Part shown: positions 17,701 to 28,100 of the stretch, one piece after another
Layout of the letters: each line of letters starts with the position of its first letter
Position numbering within the stretch: the stretch's first letter is position 1
Source: Candidatus Moranbacteria bacterium UBA2282
GTDB taxonomy: Bacteria > Patescibacteriota > Minisyncoccia > Moranbacterales > UBA2206
NCBI GenBank assembly: GCA_002345745.1
Contig: DDWQ01000021.1
Coordinates: forward strand, 1 to 59,911
Length of the DNA: 59,911 nucleotides
Direction of reading: 5' to 3'
Notes under the pieces: generated by a model
Database searches by the model: none
What the model was told of the DNA's origin: nothing
The model's input: the letters and a program-made list of their open reading frames with translations, nothing else
Program-made: the position numbers and the translations under genes

Positions 17701-17847
17701 ATGAACGAGGCAAAAAAACACCAGTGTCCCGAGTGTGAAAAAAAAGCACAGGAACATGCAAGAAGTGAAGAGATGGGACTTGCTATTCTCATCATGTTAA
17801 TGCCAGCAATGACATTGACACTTCTATCCAATGCAGGTCTATTCTAA
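17701..17847 (+). CDS. Small (48 aa) putative membrane protein with a CxxC motif
   Basis: MNEAKKHQCPECEKKAQEHARSEEMGLAILIMLMPAMTLTLLSNAGLF. It is below the ORF-track cut-off. Support comes from the conserved leader hairpin and a TM-like tail. Confidence 0.3.
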   Translation: MNEAKKHQCPECEKKAQEHARSEEMGLAILIMLMPAMTLTLLSNAGLF

Positions 17848-17862
17848 AAAATTAAATAAAAT

Positions 17863-17915
17863 AGACTTGTCCCTGAGTAATTTTTTAAGTCAAAAGATTA
17901 TTTATGGACAAGTCT
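17863..17915. repeat. 10-bp inverted repeat AGACTTGTCC / GGACAAGTCT with a 33-nt loop
   Basis: Read directly in the sequence. It lies just after the small ORF stop. Confidence 0.5.
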
Positions 17916-17926
17916 AAAACAAAAAC

Positions 17927-17950
17927 AAAAAACACCGTGAGGTGTTTTTT
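17927..17950. terminator. Bidirectional rho-independent terminator (efp side)
   Basis: AACACC gtga GGTGTT, flanked by an A-run and a T-run. Confidence 0.7.
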
Positions 17951-17985
17951 GTTTTAAATCTACAAGCTACTAGCCGCTAACTAAA

Positions 17986-18543
17986 TTACGCCCGCCCGGT
18001 ATATTTTCCACGTTCAGTGTTAATGATAATGCTATCACCTTCATTTACGAAAAGAGGCGCGGAAATTCGCAAACCTGTTTCAAGCGTGACAATTTTTCCG
18101 CCAGTCGAAACTGTATTACCCTTGACTCCCGGTGGAGCTTCAACAACTTTCAATGTAACTTTGGCAGGAAGTTCAATGTTAATAGGAGAATCGTTGAAGT
18201 TTAACATAATAATTTCTGTGCCCTCAATGAGATAATCAGTAGCTGAACCTAAGACTTCCTTAGAAAGAGAAAACTGCTCATAAGATTCATTATCCATAAA
18301 AGCATAATCTTCGCCTTCTTTGTAAAGAAATTGTGCCTTAGATTTACGAATATCCGCTTCTTCCAATTGGTCGGCTCCTTGAAAAGTTTTTTCTAGAACA
18401 GCACCTGTGATTAAATTTTTGAGTTTAGTGCGCAAAACTGATCCACCGCGACCAGTTTTAGATTGTTCATGAAAAAGAACCGCATAAGGAGCTTTTTCGT
18501 GAACAATATTCTTTCCTGTTTTAATATCACTTATATTTAACAT
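17986..18543 (-). CDS. efp: Elongation factor P
   Basis: Typical three-domain EF-P of 185 aa. The loop reads SKTGRGGS, with Arg at the position of the modified Lys in E. coli. Confidence 0.9.
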   Translation of the reverse strand: MLNISDIKTGKNIVHEKAPYAVLFHEQSKTGRGGSVLRTKLKNLITGAVLEKTFQGADQLEEADIRKSKAQFLYKEGEDYAFMDNESYEQFSLSKEVLGSATDYLIEGTEIIMLNFNDSPINIELPAKVTLKVVEAPPGVKGNTVSTGGKIVTLETGLRISAPLFVNEGDSIIINTERGKYTGRA

Positions 18544-18566
18544 AAATTTTGTCGAATCGATTTTTT

Positions 18567-18812
18567 TTATTTAACTACAAATGGGACAAGTGCCATCACA
18601 CGAGCCTTTTTAATAGCAGCAGCTAGACTTCTCTGATGTTTAGCACATGTGCCGTGTCTTTTTGGTGGGTAGATTTTCCCTTGGGAATTTGTAAATCGTT
18701 TTATAAGATAGACATCTTTGAAATCAATTTTATCCATTTTTATATCACAAAAATGACAAATTTTCTTTTCTACTTTGGCGTTATCATTGTTATTGTTGTT
18801 GTATATTTTCAT
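18567..18812 (-). CDS. rpsR: 30S ribosomal protein S18
   Basis: CHFC...IDFKDV..LKRF....GKI.P.R.TG.CAKHQR.LA.AIK.AR motif pattern. Confidence 0.9.
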   Translation of the reverse strand: MKIYNNNNNDNAKVEKKICHFCDIKMDKIDFKDVYLIKRFTNSQGKIYPPKRHGTCAKHQRSLAAAIKKARVMALVPFVVK

Positions 18813-18825
18813 AATTTTTTATTGT

Positions 18826-19308
18826 TTAAAAGGGTACGTCTTCAAGTCTAACTTCATCTTGTTCCTCATCCAGATTAATGGTTGGAATTTCTTCTTCAAT
18901 CTGGTGGGTATTGTTTTCTTGTGGTCTTTGTGGAGCACTGACTGGCTTATTAAATGATCCAGGAGCACTAGCTGTTCCAGCAGCTCGAGAACCAAGTTGC
19001 ATATTTTCTGCGATGACTTCGGTTACTCTTCTTTCCTGACCGTCTTTAGTTGTGTATTTACGAGTTTCCATGCGTCCTTCAATATAAGCTTCTTGACCTT
19101 TAGCTAGATATTGACCAGCAATCTCAGCAAGTCTTCCCCAAAGAACAATATTATGGAATTCAGTTTTGTCTTGTCTTTGTCCACTTTTATCTTTCCAGAA
19201 ACGATTGGTGGCCATACTTAGTGTGGCTACTGATTGTCCACTTGGAGTGTTGCGAATTTCTGGATCACGAGTTAGTCGTCCGACTAACATCACTTTGTTT
19301 AGATTCAT
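18826..19308 (-). CDS. ssb: Single-stranded DNA-binding protein
   Basis: OB-fold start MNLNKVMLVGRLTRDPE, FHNIVLWGRLAE, and an acidic C-terminal tip ...EDVPF. Confidence 0.9.
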   Translation of the reverse strand: MNLNKVMLVGRLTRDPEIRNTPSGQSVATLSMATNRFWKDKSGQRQDKTEFHNIVLWGRLAEIAGQYLAKGQEAYIEGRMETRKYTTKDGQERRVTEVIAENMQLGSRAAGTASAPGSFNKPVSAPQRPQENNTHQIEEEIPTINLDEEQDEVRLEDVPF

Positions 19309-19334
19309 AATAATTTTGCCGATGCAAATCGGTA

Positions 19335-19841
19335 TTAGATATTTAAAATTTCCTCTAATTTTTTATCAATATCTTCAGTAACTTTTTGTTCTTCAACAGC
19401 AACTTCTTTTTTAACTTCTTCTTTTGCAACTTCTTTTACTGCCTTAACAACTGGTGCTGTTTTGGTGGTTGTAGCTGGAGTCTTTTCTGCTTTTGGTTTG
19501 CGTTCTTGTTTTGCAGAAGCAGAGGCAATTCTTTCTTCCTTGGTTTTCAACTCTGGAAGTTCGGAAGATATACTAATGATTGAGCGCAAGATGCTGGTGC
19601 AGAGATTAAGATTTCTGGTAATCTCTTGATTTTTTTGAGTATCAGCAGATTCAAATCTACGTGCAATATATAATCCATGAGTTTCATGGTTGATAAGGTA
19701 GGCAAGCTTTCTCTTTTCAACGACCTCTTTTTCCTCGAAAACTCCACCTTCTGTGGTGATGATTCCTTCAACTTCTTTTTTGATTGTATCTAGGTCAGCT
19801 TCTCGAGAAGCAGCGATTAGATAGAGCAATTCATATCTCAT
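19335..19841 (-). CDS. rpsF: 30S ribosomal protein S6 with a Lys/Glu-rich C-terminal extension
   Basis: MRYELLYLI... S6 fold in the first ~95 aa, followed by a low-complexity tail. The rpsF-ssb-rpsR gene order is conserved. Confidence 0.85.
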   Translation of the reverse strand: MRYELLYLIAASREADLDTIKKEVEGIITTEGGVFEEKEVVEKRKLAYLINHETHGLYIARRFESADTQKNQEITRNLNLCTSILRSIISISSELPELKTKEERIASASAKQERKPKAEKTPATTTKTAPVVKAVKEVAKEEVKKEVAVEEQKVTEDIDKKLEEILNI

Positions 19842-20085
19842 GTAGTTTTTAATTAAAATTATTTATTAACTTTGTGTGATTATAATGTATCCTCCTTCGC
19901 CAGAGGCTACAGTGGATTGTTTCTTCTAGTAAAATTAAAAATTTTGAGAAGAAACAAAAATCCCCCAAGAAAGCCAAAATCCTGACGGAGTTATCGTTTT
20001 CTTATCCCTAAATAATTAGGGCGAGAAAACTGTCGGACTTTCTAAGTTGTCTTTAGTTTAGCTTGTTGGATGATGAAAGTCAAGT

Positions 20086-21132
20086 CTAAATCTTGAATTC
20101 CACCACATCGCCGTCTTGCATGATATAATCCTTGCCTTCAGTGCGGAGCGTGCCGAGTTCACGGGCTTTAGACCAAGAACCAGCTTCAAGGAGTTTGTCC
20201 CACTGGATGATTTCTGCTTTGATGAATTTGTCTTTGAAATCATTGTGAATAGCGGTGCCAGCCAGTGGTGCAGTCCAGCCTTTGTGGATGGTCCAAGCGC
20301 GCGTTTCTTCCACGCCGGTGGTGAAATAGGTGATGAGGCCAAGCAAATTATAGGCCTTGACAATCAGCTCGTCGATGTTAGACTCCACGCCTAATTCTTG
20401 CGCTTCCTCTTTGGTCATTTCAATTAATTCTTCTTCAATTTTGATATCCAATTTGACATAACTGCGTTGTTCCAGATTGTCCGAAAGTTTCTGGCTAACA
20501 TCAGCAACATTATAAATAAACAAAAAAGGCTTCATTGTTAGCAATGATAACTCACGTACAATAATCTGAGTATCTTCGTCTTCTAGGCTTAATTCAGTCT
20601 CATTGGCTAAGTTGCCAGCCTCTAAGTTGGCATTAATTTTATTAACCACTTCTAGTTGTGCCGGCGCGCCTTTTTTGTTGCCACGCACATCTTTTTCTAG
20701 ACGAAATTTAGCTTTTGCAATGGTTTCAAGATCAGCAAGGATTAATTCCGTGTTGATGATTTCAATGTCGCCTTCCGGATCAATTTTGTTGTTCACGTGA
20801 ATAATCTGGGAATTGTCAAAAACCCGCACCACTTGGGCGATGGCATCCACTTCGCGAATATTGGCGAGAAATTTGTTCCCCAATCCTTCGCCAGTGGAAG
20901 CCCCTTTGACAATGCCGGCGATGTCAACAAATTCCACGATAGCCGGAATAATACGCTTAGTTTGGCTCATAACGGACAATTTATCTAAACGGACATCTGG
21001 CACTTTGACGATGCCAATATTAGGTTCGATAGTGCAAAAGGGATAGTTATTTATATCTACCTGAGTTTTGGTTAGAGCTTTAAAAAGAGTAGATTTTCCG
21101 ACATTTGGCAGTCCGACGATTCCTATTTTCAT
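20086..21132 (-). CDS. ychF: Redox-regulated ATPase YchF
   Basis: G1 motif [16 protein letters not shown], the [10 protein letters not shown] region, and a C-terminal TGS-like domain. Confidence 0.9.
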   Translation of the reverse strand: MKIGIVGLPNVGKSTLFKALTKTQVDINNYPFCTIEPNIGIVKVPDVRLDKLSVMSQTKRIIPAIVEFVDIAGIVKGASTGEGLGNKFLANIREVDAIAQVVRVFDNSQIIHVNNKIDPEGDIEIINTELILADLETIAKAKFRLEKDVRGNKKGAPAQLEVVNKINANLEAGNLANETELSLEDEDTQIIVRELSLLTMKPFLFIYNVADVSQKLSDNLEQRSYVKLDIKIEEELIEMTKEEAQELGVESNIDELIVKAYNLLGLITYFTTGVEETRAWTIHKGWTAPLAGTAIHNDFKDKFIKAEIIQWDKLLEAGSWSKARELGTLRTEGKDYIMQDGDVVEFKI

Positions 21133-21138
21133 TTTTTC

Positions 21139-21170
21139 TACGAATTACGAATTAGTACGAATGTACGAAT
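21139..21170 (-). repeat. Four copies of the heptamer TACGAAT (ATTCGTA on the coding strand) ending 6 nt upstream of the ychF start
   Basis: Copies at 21139, 21146, 21156 and 21164. Confidence 0.75.
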
Positions 21171-21234
21171 TCTATACTATTATTTTAAAAGAATCAATTG
21201 TTATTTCGAAATGTATTTTTTAAAATTTCAAAAA

Positions 21235-21263
21235 TTGACAAAGAGTTAAAAACATGCTATACT
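21235..21263 (+). promoter_or_regulatory. Promoter of the MerR-HTH / giant-protein / ABC module
   Basis: TTGACA (21235-21240), 17-nt spacer, TATACT (21258-21263). Confidence 0.55.
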
Positions 21264-21385
21264 GTGGTAAGTTGGGTGATTAAGGACTATTTTTAGTCAA
21301 ATCATCTTTTTTTATGCAAAAATGTACATAGGGTACATATAGTGCATAGGGATGCAGAGGCATTTAAAAAATTAAGAATATTAGT

Positions 21386-21586
21386 ATGAGCAAAATATAT
21401 CGTGTAAAAGATGTTTCTCAAATTATAGATCGTGATAAGACGACACTTTTTCGGTGGGAAAGGGAAGGCAAGATAGCGCATCCACAAAGAGATAGTCGTG
21501 GATGGAGAATTTATACAGAGACTGATTTGGCTAGGATGAGGCAAATTATAAGCTGTCAGTCATTTAATCTCACTAGCGGACAATAA
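21386..21586 (+). CDS. Stand-alone MerR/excisionase-type helix-turn-helix protein (66 aa)
   Basis: YRVKDVSQIIDRDKTTLFRWEREGKI..P.RDSRGWRIYTETDLARMRQI matches the MerR N-terminal HTH. There is no effector domain. Confidence 0.7.
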   Translation: MSKIYRVKDVSQIIDRDKTTLFRWEREGKIAHPQRDSRGWRIYTETDLARMRQIISCQSFNLTSGQ

Positions 21587-21592
21587 TCTAGA

Positions 21593-24500
21593 TTGGATAA
21601 AAATAAAAAAGTGATCAAAAATAAAAAAGATGTTAATGCAAAAAAAGAAACAGAAAAGAAAGATTGCAAAAACATCCAAGATAAAAACAAAAAAATAATT
21701 ACAAAATCTTACTTAGCCAGAAATGGAAAGCAGGAAGATTCAAAGCATCTTGTTTTGGGTGATTTTTTTGCTAATTATGAAGTTAAAGATAAAAAAAGTT
21801 TCGGTAAAAACTATTACAGACGCAAGAGATGGATTTGGCTAGGCTTAATTATAGAAAAATCTTTTAATTTTATTTATAATAACAGTTTGCGACTAGCTGG
21901 TGTTATTTTGCTAATCGCTTTGGCTCTAGGATTAATACCTGGTGTTCTAAGCGCTCCAAACTCAGTTTTTATTACTGCCAAAGATGAGTGGGAGGCTGGT
22001 ATGTTGACAAATATTGATACAGAAAGCACTGCTGATGCTATTCAACTAAAATCAGATGGAACTTGGAATGCTCGAACTTGGGCACCAACACCGGACACTA
22101 TTTCATTTGGATCATCTTCAGTAATGGTAGATAACTACCTTTATGTTACTCGAGGTTATGCTGATAAATCTTTTTATCGTTATGATGCGGGTGAAAATAA
22201 ATGGGATATTTTGGCTGATCTGCCACAAGCCACCCATTACGGTTGTGATTTGTCCTATGATGGAATAGGAAATATCTATTTTATCTTTGGAGGATTTTCG
22301 AAAGAGTTTTATAAATACAATATAGAAGATGAGGAATGGACTAAATTACCTGACCTTTTGGATACTGTGTATACTGGTGCTTCAATTGAGTTTGATGGAA
22401 CTGATATGTTTGTAACTCGGGGACAATCTTTCTCTGATTTTTGGAGGTTTGATATCTCTGAAAATATGTGGTATGGAATAAATCCAATTCCCGCTACTTT
22501 AACAAGTGGTGCTGATATGGTATACGGCAATAATGGTTATATGTATATAACTCGAGGATCAGGCACAACGACTTTTTATCGCTATAATATCGCGGCTAAT
22601 AATTGGGTGGCGGCTCCAGCGATAACTGCTTCTTCAGTGGCACTTACGGGTGAACAAAAGGGAGTTTTTTATAATGGTTATATTTATTTCTTGGTTTCCA
22701 ATAACACTACTACTTTTTTGCGCTATAGCATCGCTGGCAATAGTTGGACCACTCTAGCTACAGCGCCGCAAACTAATAATTTATCGTCACTAACCTTTAA
22801 TCCAGCGGATAATCTTATCTACGCAATTCGAGGTGGAGCAACATATAATTTATGGAAATTTGATCCTAATTCTGGTGCAACAGGAGCATGGGTCGGACCA
22901 GCAGACTTGCCTGGTGCAGTGGGTACGGGAGGAGATTTTATTTGGAATAAAGTAACTGGGGCAGGGGCGTATGTTTATGCGCTAAGAGGAGCCTCTAATA
23001 GCTTCTATCGTTATGATATTACGGCTAATACTTGGACAACTATGGGCAATGCACCAACAAGTTTTAGCTATGATACTAAGGGAACATATTACAATGGAAA
23101 TTTTTATATTCCACTGGGAAACAATACTACTGCTTTTTATATTTATAATGTAGCTGGGAATTCTTGGAGCACAGCCAGCACAACAGGATTGGGAACATTG
23201 GGTTATGGTAGTGCGGCAATTTATAATAGTGGGGATGGTTATATTTATGTAACTCGAGGAAATGCGACTAATACACTTTACCGCTACAATATTGCTGGTA
23301 ATAGTTGGACCACTATGACGGGAGCCTCTATTGCTGGCGGAGCTAGTTATCAGGCATATGTAGGAAGTCGCTTAGAATCTGATGGAACTAACCTTTATAT
23401 GATGCCGGGGGACGGTGAGACAGCATTTCTAAAATATAATGTTGGAGCTAATACTTGGACCGAGTTAACTCCTACTTCTTTTGCTCAAAATTATGGAACA
23501 GATATGTCCTATTATGATGGCAAGATTTATGCACTAGCGGGATATTATAAGGATGAGACTTGGGAATATACTATTGCCACTAACTCTTGGAGATTACTTC
23601 CAGCCAATCAAAAATATGTCTATGAAAGAGGACCGTACAATGGAGCATCTCTTGAATATATGGGAAATAATTCTTTTTTGGCTACCCCTGGATTTGGATT
23701 GGTGGATGTGTGGAGCTATACGATTGGAACAAATAACTATATTAATAGTGGAAGCTATATAAGTGAAGAGATTGATTTAGCTTATGTTTCTTCTTGGATT
23801 TCTTTGACGGTTAATCAAAATACACCAGCCAATACTAGCATAATAACTGAAACCAGAACTAGTAGCGATGGAGAAAGTTGGTCAAATTGGGAGACTTTAA
23901 GCGGAGTGGATATTCAATCTAATGAAAATCGCTATATTCAAGTTAAATTTACTTTAGGAACGACTGATGGAATAAACACCCCAACCATTTATGATTATAC
24001 TATTTCTTATAATAGTGAAGATAATGATCCTGATAATGCTACTACAATTAATGCTTCTTCTCAGAGAATAGGCGGAACAGCTATTTCTAGTGGGGTTGCA
24101 TATAAACATGCTCATCCATATTTTACTTGGAATGACGCAATTGATAGTGGCTCAGGTATAAATGGCTATTGGGTTTATTTTGGAACCAACGAAAGTGCTG
24201 ATCCAGAAATAGATGGAAGTTATGTGACAAATCCAGAATATTTAGTTAACACAGCGATGAATAATGGAAATTATTATTTGAGAATTAAAACTAAAGATAA
24301 TGATGGTAATGTTAGTGATAATGCTTGGGAGGCTTTTACTTATAACTATTCGGGAGTCTCACCATATCTAACTGAAGAGAAAACAAGTGAAGCAGATTTT
24401 CAAGCTGGAGTTATGGATAAGATAAGTGCTAAAAGTGATGGATCGTTTAGACTAAATTCAATCAGTGGTTTTTGGAATGAAAAAAGATTGTCTTATGCAC

Positions 24501-25162
24501 CAGCCGGATTTCGTTATGGCTCTAGATTAGCCTATGTGGAATCAAGTAATAAAATCTATGTCCTTAATGGAAATAATAGTACAGTTTTCTATTCTTATGA
24601 TATAGCGACTGATGTTTGGTCTACTCTACAACCAGCACCATTGACAGTTTATTATGGAAGTTTCTTAGTAGCTGGTCCTGCTGGTTATCTTTATGCTACA
24701 CGGGGAGCTAATCAATCAGATTTTTGGCGTTATAATATTGTGGATAATACTTGGGAGTCAGTAAGTAACGCCTCTAAAGTTTTTACTTATGGTGGGTCTT
24801 TGCAATATGATGGCAGTCGTTATATCTATGGTTTGCCTGGAAATGATGATGCCTTTTATCGTTATGATACTCAAAATAATGTTTGGAGTAATTTAGAAAA
24901 TGCAGAATTTGGCAATCCTAATGAAAGTGATGGACAAAGAGTTTACGAGGGTTCTTACACAGCTTACGACAATAGTGATACTATCTTTGCTTTGCAAGGA
25001 AATAATTATCCTTATTTTTCAAAGTATTCTATTAGTACTGGTCACTGGTCAATATTAGAAAAAGCCCCCGTAGGAGTATATGAAGGAGGAACAATTACTT
25101 ATGATCCTAATACTCAGGCAGTGTATATGCTCAGTGGTAAATATCGTCAAAATTTCTTTTAA
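21593..25162 (+). CDS. Giant cell-surface protein, N-terminal segment: TM anchor, Kelch-type beta-propeller blades, beta-sandwich, FN3-like domain, second propeller (truncated by TAA)
   Basis: TTG start 6 nt after the HTH gene. TM helix LAGVILLIALALGLIPGVLSA. About 16 blades with the F[YW][RK][YF][DN]xxxNxW pattern. It ends at an in-frame TAA inside a blade. Confidence 0.8.
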   Translation: MDKNKKVIKNKKDVNAKKETEKKDCKNIQDKNKKIITKSYLARNGKQEDSKHLVLGDFFANYEVKDKKSFGKNYYRRKRWIWLGLIIEKSFNFIYNNSLRLAGVILLIALALGLIPGVLSAPNSVFITAKDEWEAGMLTNIDTESTADAIQLKSDGTWNARTWAPTPDTISFGSSSVMVDNYLYVTRGYADKSFYRYDAGENKWDILADLPQATHYGCDLSYDGIGNIYFIFGGFSKEFYKYNIEDEEWTKLPDLLDTVYTGASIEFDGTDMFVTRGQSFSDFWRFDISENMWYGINPIPATLTSGADMVYGNNGYMYITRGSGTTTFYRYNIAANNWVAAPAITASSVALTGEQKGVFYNGYIYFLVSNNTTTFLRYSIAGNSWTTLATAPQTNNLSSLTFNPADNLIYAIRGGATYNLWKFDPNSGATGAWVGPADLPGAVGTGGDFIWNKVTGAGAYVYALRGASNSFYRYDITANTWTTMGNAPTSFSYDTKGTYYNGNFYIPLGNNTTAFYIYNVAGNSWSTASTTGLGTLGYGSAAIYNSGDGYIYVTRGNATNTLYRYNIAGNSWTTMTGASIAGGASYQAYVGSRLESDGTNLYMMPGDGETAFLKYNVGANTWTELTPTSFAQNYGTDMSYYDGKIYALAGYYKDETWEYTIATNSWRLLPANQKYVYERGPYNGASLEYMGNNSFLATPGFGLVDVWSYTIGTNNYINSGSYISEEIDLAYVSSWISLTVNQNTPANTSIITETRTSSDGESWSNWETLSGVDIQSNENRYIQVKFTLGTTDGINTPTIYDYTISYNSEDNDPDNATTINASSQRIGGTAISSGVAYKHAHPYFTWNDAIDSGSGINGYWVYFGTNESADPEIDGSYVTNPEYLVNTAMNNGNYYLRIKTKDNDGNVSDNAWEAFTYNYSGVSPYLTEEKTSEADFQAGVMDKISAKSDGSFRLNSISGFWNEKRLSYAPAGFRYGSRLAYVESSNKIYVLNGNNSTVFYSYDIATDVWSTLQPAPLTVYYGSFLVAGPAGYLYATRGANQSDFWRYNIVDNTWESVSNASKVFTYGGSLQYDGSRYIYGLPGNDDAFYRYDTQNNVWSNLENAEFGNPNESDGQRVYEGSYTAYDNSDTIFALQGNNYPYFSKYSISTGHWSILEKAPVGVYEGGTITYDPNTQAVYMLSGKYRQNFF
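25160..25162 (+). other. In-frame TAA interrupting the giant surface-protein reading frame
   Basis: The flanking ORFs share one frame. The codon occupies the K/R position of the blade consensus (QNFF-TAA-YDVTSNTW). Confidence 0.9.
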
Positions 25163-25192
25163 TATGACGTTACTTCTAATACTTGGACGGAG

Positions 25193-28100
25193 ATGCCAAT
25201 GATTCCTGCTTATGTTGGTTATGGAGGATCATTAAAGGCAGCAGGAGGATATATTTACGCTATTCGAGGAGAAGCGTCCAATGCTTTTTATAAGTTTAAC
25301 CTAGATGAAAATTCATGGGAAGTTCCGCAAAAAGGTTTTTTTGGTCCAGCTGATACTGGTGGAGGAAGTAGCTTTGGTTTTAGTTACGGAACAAACATAG
25401 TCAAGGACCAAAGTGATAATATTTATATAGTAAGGGGAAACAGCGATAATACTTTCGGAAAATATAATTATCAAACTGGAGAATTTACTAAACTAGCCAA
25501 AACGCCAGTGGGAATTTATAGAGATTCTGCGATAGTATATAACGAAGACGATGGTGCAATTTATCTTACTCCTGGAGGAATTAGGACTACCCGAACAGGC
25601 GGTGTTAATAACTATTTCTTAAAATACACAATCGCTAGCAACAGTTGGGAAATTATTACTACTGATAGAATTCCACTGCAAACTGGGGCAGGATCTAGAA
25701 TGACCTATGATGGCAGTCGCTACATTTATCTAACTCGTGGAACTGCGGGAAGTAATAATTGGTGGAGATATGACACTACTGCAGTTGCTGGATCACGCTG
25801 GTCAGCCTTACTTCCAACAATTTTAAACTGGAATCAGGGAGATGGTTCAAGCATTCTCTATAAGGATGGATATATTTATTCAACTCGAGCTCAAAATCAG
25901 AATACTTTCTGGCGTTATGATGTAGTCGCTGGAACTTGGTTGCAGAGAGCTAATACATTAGCCACAATTGGAATTGGATCGTCTTTGTCTGATGGTGGCG
26001 ATGGATATCTATATTTAACTCGAGGAATTAATACTAATATTTATTATCGCTATAATATAACTGGGAATAGTTGGGAGGCTGTGGCTGACATTCCAGGACA
26101 AGTTAATATTGGAGGTGTTGGAGAATCAGCAGGCAATAGAATCTGGTCAACCGTAGGAAACGGAACTAACTCTTATCCAGATGGTTTGTATAGTTATGTG
26201 GTTGGCTCCGAAGCTAATGGAACAGCTTTCGAAAAAAGAGGAAATTATGTTTCCGAATCAATTGACCTAATCTCAGTTTATAGATGGGCTAATCTAGACA
26301 TTGATTATTCTAAGCCAGCGGGAACAAGTGTTAATATTTATACGCGAACTTCCAATAACCAAACTGATTGGTCAACTTGGGATTTGGTAAATAATGAAAA
26401 ATACTTTGGAGACAACCATTATAATTATGGCATAGTTAGCCCTGCTAATAAATATATTCAAGTTAAAATTGATTTATTTTCGGGTGATCAAATATTCTCG
26501 CCATCAGTAACTGATTATAAGATTAATTATTATCAAGACACATTAGCTCCAAGTAATCCAACTGCTCTGAGTGCTTATAGTGCTTCTGATAAGGTAACCT
26601 TGATTACTTCTGGTTCTTGGTATGCTCATACTACACCTTATTTTGAATGGCCAGCTGATGAGTTAACTGGTGGAGCAAGCGATGGGGTGGGTGGTTCAGG
26701 CGTTGCTGGTTATTGGGTTTATTTTGGAACTGATGTTAATGCTAATGCTTTTATTGACGGCTCTTATCAGACGACTACAAATTATACAGCTAGCGGTCTA
26801 ACTCCTGGAGAAACATATTATCTAAAAATAATTGCTATTGATAATGCAGGAATGTTTGGAGCTACAAGCTATGATGCATTTAGCTATAAGCTTGATAATA
26901 TCGCTCCAACAAATCCAACAGAAACTTCGGTGACACCAGCTGGATTTACAGCGATTGATAGTTATTCTTTTCTTTGGAATTCCAATGCTGTCGACAGCCA
27001 ATCGGGTATTGCAAAATTCCAATATCGTACCGATGGTGATGTGGCAGATGTTTGGTATGATATTTCTGACACACAAACTGTTTCATTATCGCTACCAAAC
27101 GAAAATCACCCTGTTGGAGCATACCAATCAGGGAAAAATAAATTGTATTTGCGAGTTGTGGATAATGCAGGAAATGTTTCAATCCCAATTACACAGGATT
27201 ATTATTTTAGTGCCAGTGCGCCATCACCACCAAATGATTTAGTGGCTTCTCCTGAATATTCTTTGTCCAATTTCTTTTCTTTTTCTTGGAACGCCCCATC
27301 ATCTTTTGTCGGTGAGTCAAGCAAGCTAAAATATTACTATTCTATCAATACTTTACCAACAGCTTATAATACAGTCGAAACTGGATTAACTTTTGCTGGT
27401 CCTGGTCCATTTGCCACCCAAAAAGGTCCAAATCATTTCTATATAGTAGCTAAAGATGAGGCAGAAAATATAGATTATAGTCTTTATGCTTCTGTAGAAT
27501 TTGCAGCAGATACTTCTTCTCCTGGTGCACCGGTAAATGTTCAAATTTTTGATACTTCCGATCGAGGAAATGAAGCCTATAGTGCTGCCTTGAAATGGGT
27601 CACTCCAAGTGGTGTTGATGCAAATAATTTTGCTGGCTATGTTATTTATCGCTCAGTGGATAATATTAATTTCACTCAAGTTGCTATAACCTCCGGAACA
27701 GCCTATGTAGATTCTGATCTGGAAAGCAAGCTGTATTATTATTATGTAAAAGCCAAGGATCTTACTAATAATCTTTCAATTGCATCAACGACAGTTTCTC
27801 TGACTCCAACTGGAAAATATACTTCACCGCCTCTTTTGGTGGGCGAACCAAAATTTACTGTTCAATCATTTGCAGCCAATTTTACCTGGGCAACTAATCG
27901 TATTGCTAGTTCGTTTGTGGAATATGGCAAGACAATCAGCTTGGGAGAGACTAATGGACAAATTGACTCAATGACTGATCATACAGTTGATTTGAAAGGG
28001 CTGAGTGCAGGTACAAAATATTTTTATCGTGTCAAATATATCGATCAAGATGGAAATATTGGAACTTCAGACATCAGTAATTTTACAACATTGCCACCAC

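Noticed and set aside
17517-17831. 104-aa minus-strand ORF in the recA-efp spacer.
   Set aside because: It runs straight through a consensus promoter, a terminator hairpin with T-runs and the conserved leader hairpin. It starts at TTG inside the opposite-strand mini-ORF, and its Phe/Cys-rich sequence looks non-biological.
19842-20085. Possible rpsF leader or ncRNA in the ychF-rpsF spacer, based on nested hairpins GTTTCTTCT...AGAAGAAAC and GTTTTCT..CCCTAA ataa TTAGGG..AGAAAAC.
   Set aside because: The structures are real, but they most simply act as the ychF terminator region. I could not match them to the known S6 leader by eye and found no second copy, so the evidence is too weak to call.
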